Positions 46,940-59,391 of a DNA stretch of 64,000 nt are shown here, piece after piece. How positions within the stretch are numbered: the first letter of the stretch is position 1; each line of letters begins with the position of its first letter. This stretch comes from an uncultured Oscillospiraceae bacterium (GTDB lineage Bacteria; Bacillota; Clostridia; Oscillospirales; Oscillospiraceae). The position numbers and the translations under genes are program-made. The stretch is from NCBI GenBank assembly GCA_964435375.1, contig CAYSYK010000004.1:3954-67953 (forward strand), read 5' to 3'. The notes under the pieces are model-generated. The model saw only the letters and a program-made list of their open reading frames with translations. It searched no databases and was not told the origin of the DNA.

Positions 46940-48292
46940 ATGCTGCAAAAAAACGAATGTTACGAAGCCGTCATAACGGATTATACTTCCGAAGGGCAGG
47001 GCGTGGCGCGCGTCGACGGTTGTGCGGTGTTCCTGCCGAACGCCATCGCGGGCGAGCGCGTGCGCCTGCGCATCGAAAAAGTCGGAAAAACGTGGGCGAG
47101 CGGAAAAATCGTCGAGATTCTGGAAAAATCCCCGCACCGCGTCAATCGCGAATGCCCCGTGGCCAAGCTGTGCGGCGGGTGCGATTTCTGGCACATGGAC
47201 TACGCCGAGGAATGTCGCCTGAAAGCGGCGCGCGTGCGCGATTGCCTGAACCGTCTGGCAGGCGAACACCTGACGGACGTGCCCATTCTTTCCGCGCCCG
47301 ATTGTCACGGCTACCGCAACAAGGCGCAGTATCCCGTATCGGCGCAAAAAGGGCGCGCCTACGCGGGATTTTTCAAAGCGGGCACGCATACGGTCATCGA
47401 AAATGCGCGCTGCCTGATCCTGCCCGAGCAGACCGATCGGGTCAAGGCCGCAGTTGTGGATTATGTAAACCAAAACCATATCTCCGTCTATGACGAAACC
47501 GCACACAGCGGCCTTTTGCGGCACATTTACGTCCGCCGCGGTGTCGTGTCGGGGCAAATTCTCGTTTGCCTTGCCTGTAACGGCGAAACTTTGCCCAACG
47601 ATCAAAAGCTGATCGAACAATTGAAGAAAATCGACGGCTTCACCACCTTGGTTCTGTCCGTCAATACCAAAAAGGGCAATGCCGTTCTGGGCGACAAATT
47701 CGTCACCCTCTACGGTCCGGGATATATTGAGGACACGCTCTGCGGCCTGAATTTCCGCCTGTCGCCGCGCTCGTTCTATCAGGTCAACCACCATCAGGCC
47801 GAGCGGCTCTACGCCGCGGCCATCGAGCTGGCAGGCATTTCCAAAACCGATCTGGTGCTCGACCTGTACTGCGGTGTCGGCACGATCACGCTCGCCATGG
47901 CGGGCGCGGCAGGGAAGGTCATCGGCGTGGAAGTCGTCGCGCAGGCGGTCGAGGATGCGAAAGACAATGCACGGCGCAACGGCATCGAAAACGCGGAATT
48001 TTTCTGCGGCGATGCGGGGCAGGCCGCACTGGAACTGGAAAAGCAGGGTGTTCACGCGGATGTGATCGTCGTTGACCCACCACGCAAGGGCCTGAACGCC
48101 GATACCATCGAAGCGCTGCGCCGCTTTGCCCCGCGCCACATCGTCTATGTCTCCTGCGACCCCGCCACCCTCGCGCGCGACGTGGCACTGATGAAAGAAA
48201 ACGGCTATGCGCTTTCCAAAGTCCTCGCCGCCGACCTGTTCCCAAGATGTAGTCATGTGGAGACGGTTTGTTTGCTGTCAAGGAAAATGTAG
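46940..48292 (+). CDS. rlmD: 23S rRNA m5U1939 methyltransferase
   Basis: TRAM domain, CGGC Fe-S motif, SFYQVN, DLYCGVG, VDPPRKG, YVSCDP and HVETV. Start moved to 46940. Confidence 0.93.
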   Translation: MLQKNECYEAVITDYTSEGQGVARVDGCAVFLPNAIAGERVRLRIEKVGKTWASGKIVEILEKSPHRVNRECPVAKLCGGCDFWHMDYAEECRLKAARVRDCLNRLAGEHLTDVPILSAPDCHGYRNKAQYPVSAQKGRAYAGFFKAGTHTVIENARCLILPEQTDRVKAAVVDYVNQNHISVYDETAHSGLLRHIYVRRGVVSGQILVCLACNGETLPNDQKLIEQLKKIDGFTTLVLSVNTKKGNAVLGDKFVTLYGPGYIEDTLCGLNFRLSPRSFYQVNHHQAERLYAAAIELAGISKTDLVLDLYCGVGTITLAMAGAAGKVIGVEVVAQAVEDAKDNARRNGIENAEFFCGDAGQAALELEKQGVHADVIVVDPPRKGLNADTIEALRRFAPRHIVYVSCDPATLARDVALMKENGYALSKVLAADLFPRCSHVETVCLLSRKM

Positions 48293-48320
48293 CATCTTTA
48301 ATAAGAAAGTTGGAACTTAT

Positions 48321-48420
48321 ATGAATAGAACATTATATATCGGATTTAAGGGGAAGAATAATGCATCGCGTGTTTTGATAGAAGCTATTTCTGCAAACAA
48401 TTACTTGTTGACCAATTCTT
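48321..48420 (+). pseudogene. AT-rich truncated gene fragment downstream of rlmD
   Basis: ATG 48321 opens MNRTLYIGFKGKNNASRVLIEAISANNYLLTNS, which then runs into a terminator and antisense host sequence. 48241-48420 is 62/180 G+C (34%) by hand count. Confidence 0.55.
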
Positions 48421-48428
48421 TTTTTTAC

Positions 48429-48465
48429 AAAAAACAGGCTCGGGTTTTTCCCGAGCCTGTTTTTT
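48429..48465. terminator. Bidirectional terminator (rlmD / remB)
   Basis: AAAAAACAGGCTCGGG-TTTTT-CCCGAGCCTGTTTTTT. Confidence 0.88.
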
Positions 48466-48481
48466 CATACTTTTTGGTCGA

Positions 48482-48730
48482 TCAGCCTTGGCGCATTCGT
48501 TTTTCCAGCGTGGCGGCGGACAGCGGTGTGAGATACACGCGGATCATGCCGTATTCGCACGTCAGCAGAAACGATTTCGGCAGATCGTCGCAGGGGACGA
48601 CCGCGCCCTCTTTTTCCGCGTTTTCCAGAAATTCGCGCGTGCGCTTGGATGTGGAGGTATTGTCCAGATCGAAAACACCCAGCACCGATCGCTGTTGCAG
48701 CATAAAGTCGCCGCCGATGGAAAAATACAT
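48482..48730 (-). CDS. remB: RemB/YaaB (DUF370-like) small protein
   Basis: MYFSIGGDF...GVFD...EFL...PKS...YLTPLSAATLEKR parallels B. subtilis YaaB/RemB as recalled. GGAGG RBS. Confidence 0.75.
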   Translation of the reverse strand: MYFSIGGDFMLQQRSVLGVFDLDNTSTSKRTREFLENAEKEGAVVPCDDLPKSFLLTCEYGMIRVYLTPLSAATLEKRMRQG

Positions 48731-48789
48731 AACATTCCTCCGTATTCGGTCATACGTTTTTCGGATTTCAAAGAATCAATTCCGCACGG

Positions 48790-49227
48790 TCATTTCAGCT
48801 TTTTCCATTCTCCGACGGCCAGCTCGTCACAGCGGTTGTTTTTCGGGTTTTCGGCATGGCCTTTCACCCAATGGTAATGCATTTCGTGCTTGGCCGTCAA
48901 TTCCAGCAGAATTTCCCATAGATCCGGATTCAGCGCCGGTTTTTTATCCGACTTGATCCAGCCCTTTTTCTGCCATGAGGCCGCCCAGCCCTTTTGCAGG
49001 CCGTCGATCACGTACTTCGAGTCGGAATACAGTTCCACCACACACGGCTCTTTCAGTGCCTGCAAGCCTTTGATCACCGCCATCAGCTCCATGCGGTTGT
49101 TGGTGGTGCTTTTTTCGCCGCCGGACATCTCCCGTTCGTGCTCCTTATAGGCCAGAATGGCGCCCCAGCCGCCGGGGCCGGGATTGCCGGAACAGGCACC
49201 GTCGGTATAGAGCGTTACCTGCTTCAT
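48790..49227 (-). CDS. rnhA: Ribonuclease HI
   Basis: [29 protein letters not shown] and [15 protein letters not shown]. Confidence 0.96.
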   Translation of the reverse strand: MKQVTLYTDGACSGNPGPGGWGAILAYKEHEREMSGGEKSTTNNRMELMAVIKGLQALKEPCVVELYSDSKYVIDGLQKGWAASWQKKGWIKSDKKPALNPDLWEILLELTAKHEMHYHWVKGHAENPKNNRCDELAVGEWKKLK

Positions 49228-51722
49228 GCTTCGTCCTGCTCCGCTTCCACGCGCTCGACGGATACGACCTGATTGCCTTCCTCGATGCGCATAACGATCA
49301 CGCCCTGCACATCGCGCTTGTAGACATTGATGGAGGCCGCGGGGATACGGATGATCACGCCGCCGTTTTCGATGAGCATGACGTCATCGTCCTCGCTCAC
49401 CACGCGGCAGCCCGCCACGAGGCCGGTTTTCGCCGTGATATTGTAGTTTTTCAGACCCTTACCGCCGCGGCTCTGGGCGGCTTTTTCGCCGTTCGCGCCC
49501 GTGCGCAGATATTCGGAAAGCTCCGTGCGCTTGCCGTAGCCGCGCTCGGTGACGGTCAGCAATGTCTTGCCCTCTTCGGCCTTTTCCGCGCCGATGACCA
49601 CGTCTCCGTCGCTCAGCCAAATGCCGCGCACGCCCATGGCATCTCTGCCCATGGGACGGACATCGTTTTCGTTGAAGCAGATGGCCATGCCCTGACGCGT
49701 CGCCAGAATCAGATTGTCGTTTCCGCCCGTGCGGATGACGTTGATAAGCTGGTCGCCCTCGTCGAGCGTGATGGCGCGAATGCCGCCCTTGCGGTTCGTT
49801 TTCAGCGCGATGAACGGAATGCGCTTGACGGTGCCGAATTTCGTGACCATCATCAGGTATTCGTTCTCGTCAAACTCGCGCGTGATGACCATGGCCGTCA
49901 CGTTTTCTCCCTGTTCCAGCGGCAGAACGTTGATCATGGCCGTGCCGCGCGCCGTGCGTCCCGCCTCGGGGATCTGGTAGCCTTTGCGGTGGTGGACGCG
50001 GCCGAGGTCAGTGAAGAAGAGGATATGGTCATGCGTGGAGGCAATGTTCAGGCTCTTGACGAAATCCTCGTCTTTCAGGTTCTGCGCATTGACGCCGCGG
50101 CCGCCGCGACTTTGCGTGCGGTAGGTGTCGGCCGGCATACGCTTGACATAGCCGTGGTTGGAGATGGTGAACACGCAGGTTTCCTCTTCGATGAGATCCT
50201 CGATATCGATTTCGTCCTCCACGTCCTGAATTTCGGTGTAACGCTCGTCGCCGTACTTCTCGCGGATGGCGATCAACTCGTCTTTCAGGATATTTTTAAC
50301 AAGCTGCGGGTCGGCCAGAACGGCTTGGTAATAGGCGATTTTTTCTTCCAGCTCGTTATACTCGTTTTGCAGTTTCTCGCGGTCAAGCCCCTGCAGTGCC
50401 TTCAGGCGCATATCCAGAATTGCTTGCGCCTGCACATCGGACAAGCCGAAGCGATTCATCAGGTTTTCCTTTGCGTCGTCATACGATGCGCGGATGATTT
50501 TGATGACCTCGTCGATATTGTCCTGCGCGATGAGCAGACCTTCCAGCAGATGCGCGCGCTCCTGCGCTTTTTTCAGGTCAAATTCCGTGCGGCGATAAAT
50601 GACCTGCTCTTGGAACGTCAGGTATTCGTCCAGACATTCGCGCAGTGTCAGCACCTTGGGCTGGCTCTGGTTATTCACCAGTGCCAGCATATTGATGGCA
50701 AAGGTCGTCTGCAACTGCGTCTGCGTGAAGAGCTTGTTAAGGACGATCTGCGCATTGGCATCGCGTTTCAGCTCGATGACGATGCGCATACCCGTGCGGT
50801 CGGACTCGTCGCGGATGTCGGAAATGCCGTCAAGACGCTTGTCATTGACCTGATCGGCCATGCTCTTGATGAGCATTCTTTTGTTAACCTGATAGGGAAG
50901 CTCCGTGATGATGATGCGCGTGCGATCCTGCCCGAATTCTTCGAAATGGTGGCGCGCACGCAGGGTCAGTCTGCCCTTGCCGGTGGCATAGGCCGCGCGG
51001 ATGCCGCTGCGTCCCATGATAATGCCGCGGGTTGGGAAGTCCGGGCCCGTGACATGCTGCATCAGGTCGGCGAGCGTCGCCTCCGGGTCGTCGAGCACGC
51101 AGATGCAGGCATTGATGACCTCCGTCAGATTGTGCGGCGGGATGTTCGTCGCCATGCCGACGGCAATGCCGGAAGAACCGTTAACCAGCAAATTCGGGAA
51201 ACGGCTGGGCAAAACGCGCGGCTCTTTGCGCGTTTCGTCGAAGTTAGGATCCCAGTCAACCGTGTCTTTTTCGATGTCGCGCAGCATTTCGTTGGCAATT
51301 TTCGACATTCTGGCCTCGGTGTAACGGTAGGCGGCAGGGGGGTCGCCATCGACGGAACCGAAGTTGCCGTGTCCGTCCACGAGCATATAGCGCATGGAAA
51401 AGTCCTGCGCAAGACGCACCAGCGCGTCGTACACCGACGCATCGCCATGCGGATGGTAGCGTCCAAGCACGTCACCGACGCAGGTCGCAGACTTGCGGAA
51501 CGGCCGATCGGAGGTCAGATTGTCCTCGTACATGGCATAGAGAATGCGGCGGTGAACGGGCTTCAGACCGTCGCGGGCATCGGGCAGCGCACGTCCGACG
51601 ATAACGGACATGGCATACTCGATGTAGCTGCTTTTCATTTCGTGGACAAGCTCGGACTCGATGATCGCCTGATCGGGATACATGATATCTTCGGGCTTGT
51701 AATCTTTTTTATGTTGTGCCAA
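49224..51722 (-). CDS. gyrA: DNA gyrase subunit A
   Basis: [29 protein letters not shown] and GyrA box QSRGGRG; TTG start. Confidence 0.97.
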   Translation of the reverse strand: MAQHKKDYKPEDIMYPDQAIIESELVHEMKSSYIEYAMSVIVGRALPDARDGLKPVHRRILYAMYEDNLTSDRPFRKSATCVGDVLGRYHPHGDASVYDALVRLAQDFSMRYMLVDGHGNFGSVDGDPPAAYRYTEARMSKIANEMLRDIEKDTVDWDPNFDETRKEPRVLPSRFPNLLVNGSSGIAVGMATNIPPHNLTEVINACICVLDDPEATLADLMQHVTGPDFPTRGIIMGRSGIRAAYATGKGRLTLRARHHFEEFGQDRTRIIITELPYQVNKRMLIKSMADQVNDKRLDGISDIRDESDRTGMRIVIELKRDANAQIVLNKLFTQTQLQTTFAINMLALVNNQSQPKVLTLRECLDEYLTFQEQVIYRRTEFDLKKAQERAHLLEGLLIAQDNIDEVIKIIRASYDDAKENLMNRFGLSDVQAQAILDMRLKALQGLDREKLQNEYNELEEKIAYYQAVLADPQLVKNILKDELIAIREKYGDERYTEIQDVEDEIDIEDLIEEETCVFTISNHGYVKRMPADTYRTQSRGGRGVNAQNLKDEDFVKSLNIASTHDHILFFTDLGRVHHRKGYQIPEAGRTARGTAMINVLPLEQGENVTAMVITREFDENEYLMMVTKFGTVKRIPFIALKTNRKGGIRAITLDEGDQLINVIRTGGNDNLILATRQGMAICFNENDVRPMGRDAMGVRGIWLSDGDVVIGAEKAEEGKTLLTVTERGYGKRTELSEYLRTGANGEKAAQSRGGKGLKNYNITAKTGLVAGCRVVSEDDDVMLIENGGVIIRIPAASINVYKRDVQGVIVMRIEEGNQVVSVERVEAEQDEA

Positions 51723-51770
51723 AAGAATTTCCTCCTTTTGTTCTAGGTAACGGGTTGGGCGGGAAATGCC

Positions 51771-52625
51771 TTACTCGCAGGTCGTATAGCAGGCTTTTTT
51801 CAGGGGCATGGCCGCCTCGTCCGGATTTTTCCATTTGCGCCGTAGCCAGCTTTTGGCCAAAGGCATCCATTGCGCGAAGCTCGGGTCTCCGCCGTCCTCG
51901 CAGACCTGTGCGTCGGACAGTGACAATCCGTGTCCGCCGTTGGGGAAAACGTGCAGCTCGCACGGCACGCCCGCGCGAATCAACGCGGAGGCGAACACGA
52001 TGCTGTCCTCCACGGGGACGACATCGTCGCGGACGGTATGCGCCAAGAACGTCTGCGGGCAGCTTGCCGTCACGGCATTGGGCAGATTCAGCTTTTGCCT
52101 GACCGCCTGCGGATCGTTTTCTCCGAGCAGGCGCGGCAGGGCACCGTCATTCTCGATCCACGACGTTGAGGTCACGGGATAGCCCAGAATCAGCGCGTCG
52201 GGACGGTTTTCACCGTTTTGGCAGCCGGAAAGCGCCACGATCTCAGGATCGTTCCAGTATACGCCGAGGCTTGCGGCGAGATGTCCGCCCGCGGAGAAGC
52301 CGCACACCGCCACTTTCCCGCGGATAACGCCGAATTCGTCCGCTTTTTCGTAAATCAGCTTCATTGCCGCGCACAGATCGAGCAGGGAATTTGGAAACAC
52401 GGCGTTTTCTTGGCAACTGTAATACAGGATAAATGCCTGATACCCCTCGGACAAAAACTGCATAGCCACGGGGTCTGCCTCCCGATCGGAGCACCACCAG
52501 TACCCGCCGCCGGGACAGACCACCACCGCCGGGCGATTGTGCAAATAGGGCAGTTCGTCGCTCGGCGCGTAGCCGATGCGCACAAGATGCGCGTGCTCGC
52601 GGATGGGATAGGTTTCATAAATCAT
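51771..52625 (-). CDS. Alpha/beta hydrolase (carbohydrate-esterase/lipase-like)
   Basis: CPGGGY oxyanion loop, GFSAGG nucleophile, DDVVP and GGHG. Start moved to 52625. Confidence 0.85.
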   Translation of the reverse strand: MIYETYPIREHAHLVRIGYAPSDELPYLHNRPAVVVCPGGGYWWCSDREADPVAMQFLSEGYQAFILYYSCQENAVFPNSLLDLCAAMKLIYEKADEFGVIRGKVAVCGFSAGGHLAASLGVYWNDPEIVALSGCQNGENRPDALILGYPVTSTSWIENDGALPRLLGENDPQAVRQKLNLPNAVTASCPQTFLAHTVRDDVVPVEDSIVFASALIRAGVPCELHVFPNGGHGLSLSDAQVCEDGGDPSFAQWMPLAKSWLRRKWKNPDEAAMPLKKACYTTCE

Positions 52626-52636
52626 GGCAATACCCC

Positions 52637-55726
<3,090 letters not shown>

Positions 55727-55740
<14 letters not shown>

Positions 55741-55978
55741 ACGCGCAGATCACGAACCGCTGTCCGGCAAATTCCACGCGGTCGCCCGGACGCAGTTTTT
55801 TCCCGCGCATGGTGCACACCTCTCCGTTGACCGTGACGGCGCCGTCCTGAATGAGCGTCTTTGCCTCGCCGCCGGAATAGACGACGTTGGCATATTTCAG
55901 TGCATCCTGCAATTTGATATATTCCGTGGAAATCGGCAGGTTTTCGGCCGACTCCACCCTTTTCACGGTTACTTTCAT
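55727..55978 (-). CDS. yaaA: S4-domain RNA-binding protein YaaA
   Basis: [10 protein letters not shown]...GGEAK...[13 protein letters not shown]; between dnaN and recF. Confidence 0.88.
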
Positions 55979-56018
55979 AGGGTTACTCCTTGCCCGCCCG
56001 AATGTTTGCGGGCGAAAA

Positions 56019-57125
56019 TCAACTGTTGCGAATGCGCACAGGCAGAACCATGTATGCAAAATCGTGCTTGTCGTCGATTGGGGTGAATACCATCGGATTA
56101 AGACCGTTGCTCAGCTCCAGCATGACCTCGTCGCTCGGGATCGCCTTAAGCGCCTCTGCAAGATAGCGGACGTTGAAGCCGATTTCCAGATCCTTGCCGT
56201 CTCCGGCAAAGGAGCAGCGATCTTCCGCCGCGCCGATGGTGGTATTCGTCTTCAGCTCCGCCTCGTTGTGATGGAAGATGCAGCGCACGGGGCTTTTGTA
56301 TTTCTCGGAAACAATCAGACCCACGCGCTCGATGGAGTTTGCCAGATCGGCAACGTGTACGGCCAGACGGATGGGGTTTTCGGTCGGCACAACTCTGCGC
56401 CAATCAAGGAAATCGCCCTCCAGCAGGCGGCAAACGAGCGTCGTATCGCCGATTTGGAACAGAATATGCTTGCTGCCCAGCGTGAAGGCAACATCGCCGT
56501 CGTCGGTCAGCAATTTTTCGACCTCTTTGAGTCCCGCGGCGGGCACGACGAACGCAAGCTGACGGCCGATGCTGTTTTCCGTATGATAGGTGCGCCGCGC
56601 CAGACGGAAACCGTCCACGGCGATGGCGGAAACGGAAGTGTTCTCCACCTCGAATTTTACGCCCGTGTGGATCGGCCGTCCCTGATTTTCGGACACGGCA
56701 AAGATCGTCCCGCCGATCAGCTCTTTAAGTGCCGATTGCGGAATGCAGACGGCTTTTCCGTCGTTTACGTCGGGCAGAACGGGGTAGTCCTCGGCATTTT
56801 CCGCGGAAATGGTAAACGCTGCAAAGCCCGCGCGAACGGAAACTTTATAGCCGTCATCGACCACGACCGTCACCGGCCCTTCCGGCAGACGGCGCACGAT
56901 GTCGGCAAACAGGCGCGCGGGGAGAATGCATTCACCGGGATCATGAACGTCCGCGTCGATGCGATGGGTGATCGCCGTTTCCATATTATAACCGGTCAGG
57001 GTGAGGCCGGTATCGGCACGGCAGAGGATACCCTCGATTACGGAGAGGCTGCTTTTGACGGCAACCGTACGGCCGGCAATGCTCAGGCCGGCGGATAGCG
57101 CATTTTTTTCACAGGTAAAACGCAT
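56019..57125 (-). CDS. dnaN: DNA polymerase III beta clamp
   Basis: [21 protein letters not shown] and MVLPVR. Start placed at 57125 (AGGA 8 nt upstream). Confidence 0.96.
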   Translation of the reverse strand: MRFTCEKNALSAGLSIAGRTVAVKSSLSVIEGILCRADTGLTLTGYNMETAITHRIDADVHDPGECILPARLFADIVRRLPEGPVTVVVDDGYKVSVRAGFAAFTISAENAEDYPVLPDVNDGKAVCIPQSALKELIGGTIFAVSENQGRPIHTGVKFEVENTSVSAIAVDGFRLARRTYHTENSIGRQLAFVVPAAGLKEVEKLLTDDGDVAFTLGSKHILFQIGDTTLVCRLLEGDFLDWRRVVPTENPIRLAVHVADLANSIERVGLIVSEKYKSPVRCIFHHNEAELKTNTTIGAAEDRCSFAGDGKDLEIGFNVRYLAEALKAIPSDEVMLELSNGLNPMVFTPIDDKHDFAYMVLPVRIRNS

Positions 57126-57139
57126 ATGCTTCATCCTTT

Positions 57140-57367
57140 CGTTTCTAGAATACAGTAAATATAATTCTAAATAGTCATATTAGGCAGTAATAACAGTAGT
57201 AGGGAAAACTTATGTGGAAAAGTGCCGAAAAGCCTGCTGTGGCGGGCTGATTTTCTCCACAGGCAAGTGTGGAAAAGTCTCGCGTATTCCACAGCCGTTG
57301 TGGAAAAATTCCCGCGTGCAACCATTCCACAGAAAATTATTCCACATTCCACAGCCTCTGTGGAAAA
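57140..57367. other. oriC: Chromosomal replication origin oriC (AT-rich unwinding element, DnaA-trios, DnaA boxes)
   Basis: In the dnaA-dnaN gap: AT-rich 57140-57184, trios CAG TAA TAA CAG TAG TAG (57185-57202), and eight boxes at 57213, 57253, 57268, 57285, 57299, 57323, 57338/57345 (overlapping pair counted once) and 57359. Confidence 0.88.
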
Positions 57368-57369
57368 CT

Positions 57370-58683
57370 TTACAGGCGGGAATTGATGTTCGCGGTGATG
57401 TCGCGAATGTTGTTTTGCAGGTTGGTGTCGCCGTCTTTCAGCGCTTTTTCGACCTTGCGGATGTTGTACAGTACGGTGGAGTGGTCTTTGGAAAATTCCG
57501 TCCCGATGTCCGGCAGGCTCAGATTTGTCAGCTTACGGATGAGATACATCGCCACCGAACGCGCCTCGGCAATGCCCTTGCTTTTCTGGCTTCCGCGCAG
57601 GAGCGCTTCGTCGATCGTGTAGAAATTGGCGACCTGCGTGATGATCAGACCCGGTGTCGGCAGGGCGTTGCCCTCGACGGTGAACATATCCTCGATGGCA
57701 CGCGAAACATTCGGCAGATCCAGCGGCATATTGTTCAGCTCCTGATAGGCAAGGATTTTTTTGACCGTGCCTTCGAGCTGACGGATGTTATTGGTGATGT
57801 TGAGCGCAATGTAATTACTTATGTCGTCCGTGAAGTTCAGACCCATTTGCGCGGATTTGTTTCTGATGATGGCCATGCGCGTTTCATAGTCCGGCGGCTG
57901 AATGTCGGCAAGCAGACCCCACTCAAATCGGGTGCGCAGACGGTCTTCCAGCGTGAGCATATCGCCTGGTTTGCGGTCGGAGGTCATGACGATCTGCTTG
58001 TGGCTTTCATAGAGCTTGTTGAACGTATGGAAAAATTCTTCCTGCGTACTTTCCTTGCCGGCGATGAACTGCACGTCATCGACGAGGAAAAGGTCAGCTT
58101 CCCGGTATTTGTTGTGAAACTCTATGTTTTTACCGCCTTGGATGGCGGCGATCAGCTCGTTGGTAAACTGGTCGCCTTTGATGTAGACGATGTTGGCATC
58201 CGGATTTTTTTTGCGAATGTCGTTGGCAATGGCGTACAGAAGGTGCGTTTTTCCGACGCCGGGAGGGCCGTAGATGAACAGGGGATTGTACACGTCGCCG
58301 GGGTGGTTGGAAACGGCAATGGCCGCACTGTGGGCGAAACGATTGGAAGGACCCACCACGAAACTGTCGAAATTGTACTGGGGGTTAAAGTCCATGGACG
58401 AACGCTTTTTCCCTTTGGAACGATAGACGTCATACTCTTGATCCCCATAGACAATCAGCTTGGCATCGGATTGAAAGATTTTTTGCATGGCTTCCCGGAT
58501 CAGCTCGGAATAGCGCTGGATGATGATGTCGCGGCGATAGTCGGAAGATGTGTGCAGGATCATACGGTCTTCCGTCAGCTCCACGACTTCCGTATCGTCA
58601 AACCATGTGGACACGATCACGGATCCGAGCTGCTCTTCCATATAGCCCAGAATTTTCGCCCATACGTAGGCGGATGAGTACAT
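57370..58683 (-). CDS. dnaA: Chromosomal replication initiator DnaA
   Basis: FVVGPSNRFAH, YNPLFIYGPPGVGKTHL, DDVQF, EEFFHTFN, RLRTRFEWG and DHSTV. Confidence 0.98.
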   Translation of the reverse strand: MYSSAYVWAKILGYMEEQLGSVIVSTWFDDTEVVELTEDRMILHTSSDYRRDIIIQRYSELIREAMQKIFQSDAKLIVYGDQEYDVYRSKGKKRSSMDFNPQYNFDSFVVGPSNRFAHSAAIAVSNHPGDVYNPLFIYGPPGVGKTHLLYAIANDIRKKNPDANIVYIKGDQFTNELIAAIQGGKNIEFHNKYREADLFLVDDVQFIAGKESTQEEFFHTFNKLYESHKQIVMTSDRKPGDMLTLEDRLRTRFEWGLLADIQPPDYETRMAIIRNKSAQMGLNFTDDISNYIALNITNNIRQLEGTVKKILAYQELNNMPLDLPNVSRAIEDMFTVEGNALPTPGLIITQVANFYTIDEALLRGSQKSKGIAEARSVAMYLIRKLTNLSLPDIGTEFSKDHSTVLYNIRKVEKALKDGDTNLQNNIRDITANINSRL

Positions 58684-58712
58684 AATTCTCTGCCCCTTTC
58701 AGTCTTTTACCC

Positions 58713-58781
58713 GGTGGAAAAGAGAAAATCTTCTCCCCATTATCTCAACAAAATCATACCATATTTCGGTGTAAAAAACAA
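58713..58781 (-). promoter_or_regulatory. dnaA promoter with one DnaA-box-like site in the leader
   Basis: TTGTTT (58781-58776), 17 bp, TATGAT (58758-58753) with extended TG; TTTTCCACC at 58721-58713. Confidence 0.55.
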
Positions 58782-58815
58782 GGTTTTTTTGTCGACATAC
58801 TATATAAAAAAGAAA

Positions 58816-58838
58816 TTTCCCCCGCCGAGCGGGGGAAA
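58816..58838 (-). terminator. Intrinsic terminator ending the minD-mgsA-hisS-deaminase run
   Basis: TTTCCCCCGC-3-GCGGGGGAAA followed on the minus strand by TTTCTTTTTT. Confidence 0.8.
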
Positions 58839-58866
58839 CGTGTCGAATTGACGGAAAAAATGCGCT

Positions 58867-59361
58867 TTATTTCTGATCTTCCGTGGGAACGAAGCTCAGC
58901 GTCAGGCTTTCCAGCCCCGTCTGCATACGGATGTAGTTGACACCCGCCGCGCCGAGCATCCGCTTGGATGCCAGATTGCTCATGGAATTGTTGTATTTGT
59001 CGGAGAGATAGATGACCTCGCGAATGCCGCATTGGATGATCGCCTTGGCGCATTCGTTACAGGGGAAGAGCGCGACATAGAGCCGACTTCCGCGCAGATC
59101 GCGCCCGTTGGCATTGAGAATGGCATTCAGCTCGGCATGGACGACGAAGGGATATTTCGTCTCCTCGCCCTCCCGCGTCCACGGAAATTCATCGTCGGAG
59201 CAGCCTTTGGGCATACCGTTGTAGCCGGTGGAGATGATGATATTATCCTGCGAAACGATGCAGGCACCGACCTGTGTGTTCGGGTCTTTGCTGCGTTTGG
59301 CCGCAAGCATGGCGATTCCCATGAAATACTCGTCCCAGCTGATAAAATTCTGCCGTTTCAT
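58867..59361 (-). CDS. dCMP deaminase family protein
   Basis: SWDEYFM, RSKDP, GYNG, HAELNAI and PCNEC zinc motifs. Confidence 0.9.
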   Translation of the reverse strand: MKRQNFISWDEYFMGIAMLAAKRSKDPNTQVGACIVSQDNIIISTGYNGMPKGCSDDEFPWTREGEETKYPFVVHAELNAILNANGRDLRGSRLYVALFPCNECAKAIIQCGIREVIYLSDKYNNSMSNLASKRMLGAAGVNYIRMQTGLESLTLSFVPTEDQK

Positions 59362-59391
59362 CGCAATACCTCCCGATTTTGAAAAAGTGAA

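Noticed and set aside
48207-48956. 249-aa plus-strand ORF spanning the rlmD end to rnhA
   Set aside because: A chimera of out-of-frame rlmD, the short AT-rich fragment, a terminator and antisense remB/rnhA.
49300-50120. Second QSRGGKG motif in the GyrA C-terminal domain
   Set aside because: GyrA-box-like remnants in other propeller blades are ordinary for GyrA.
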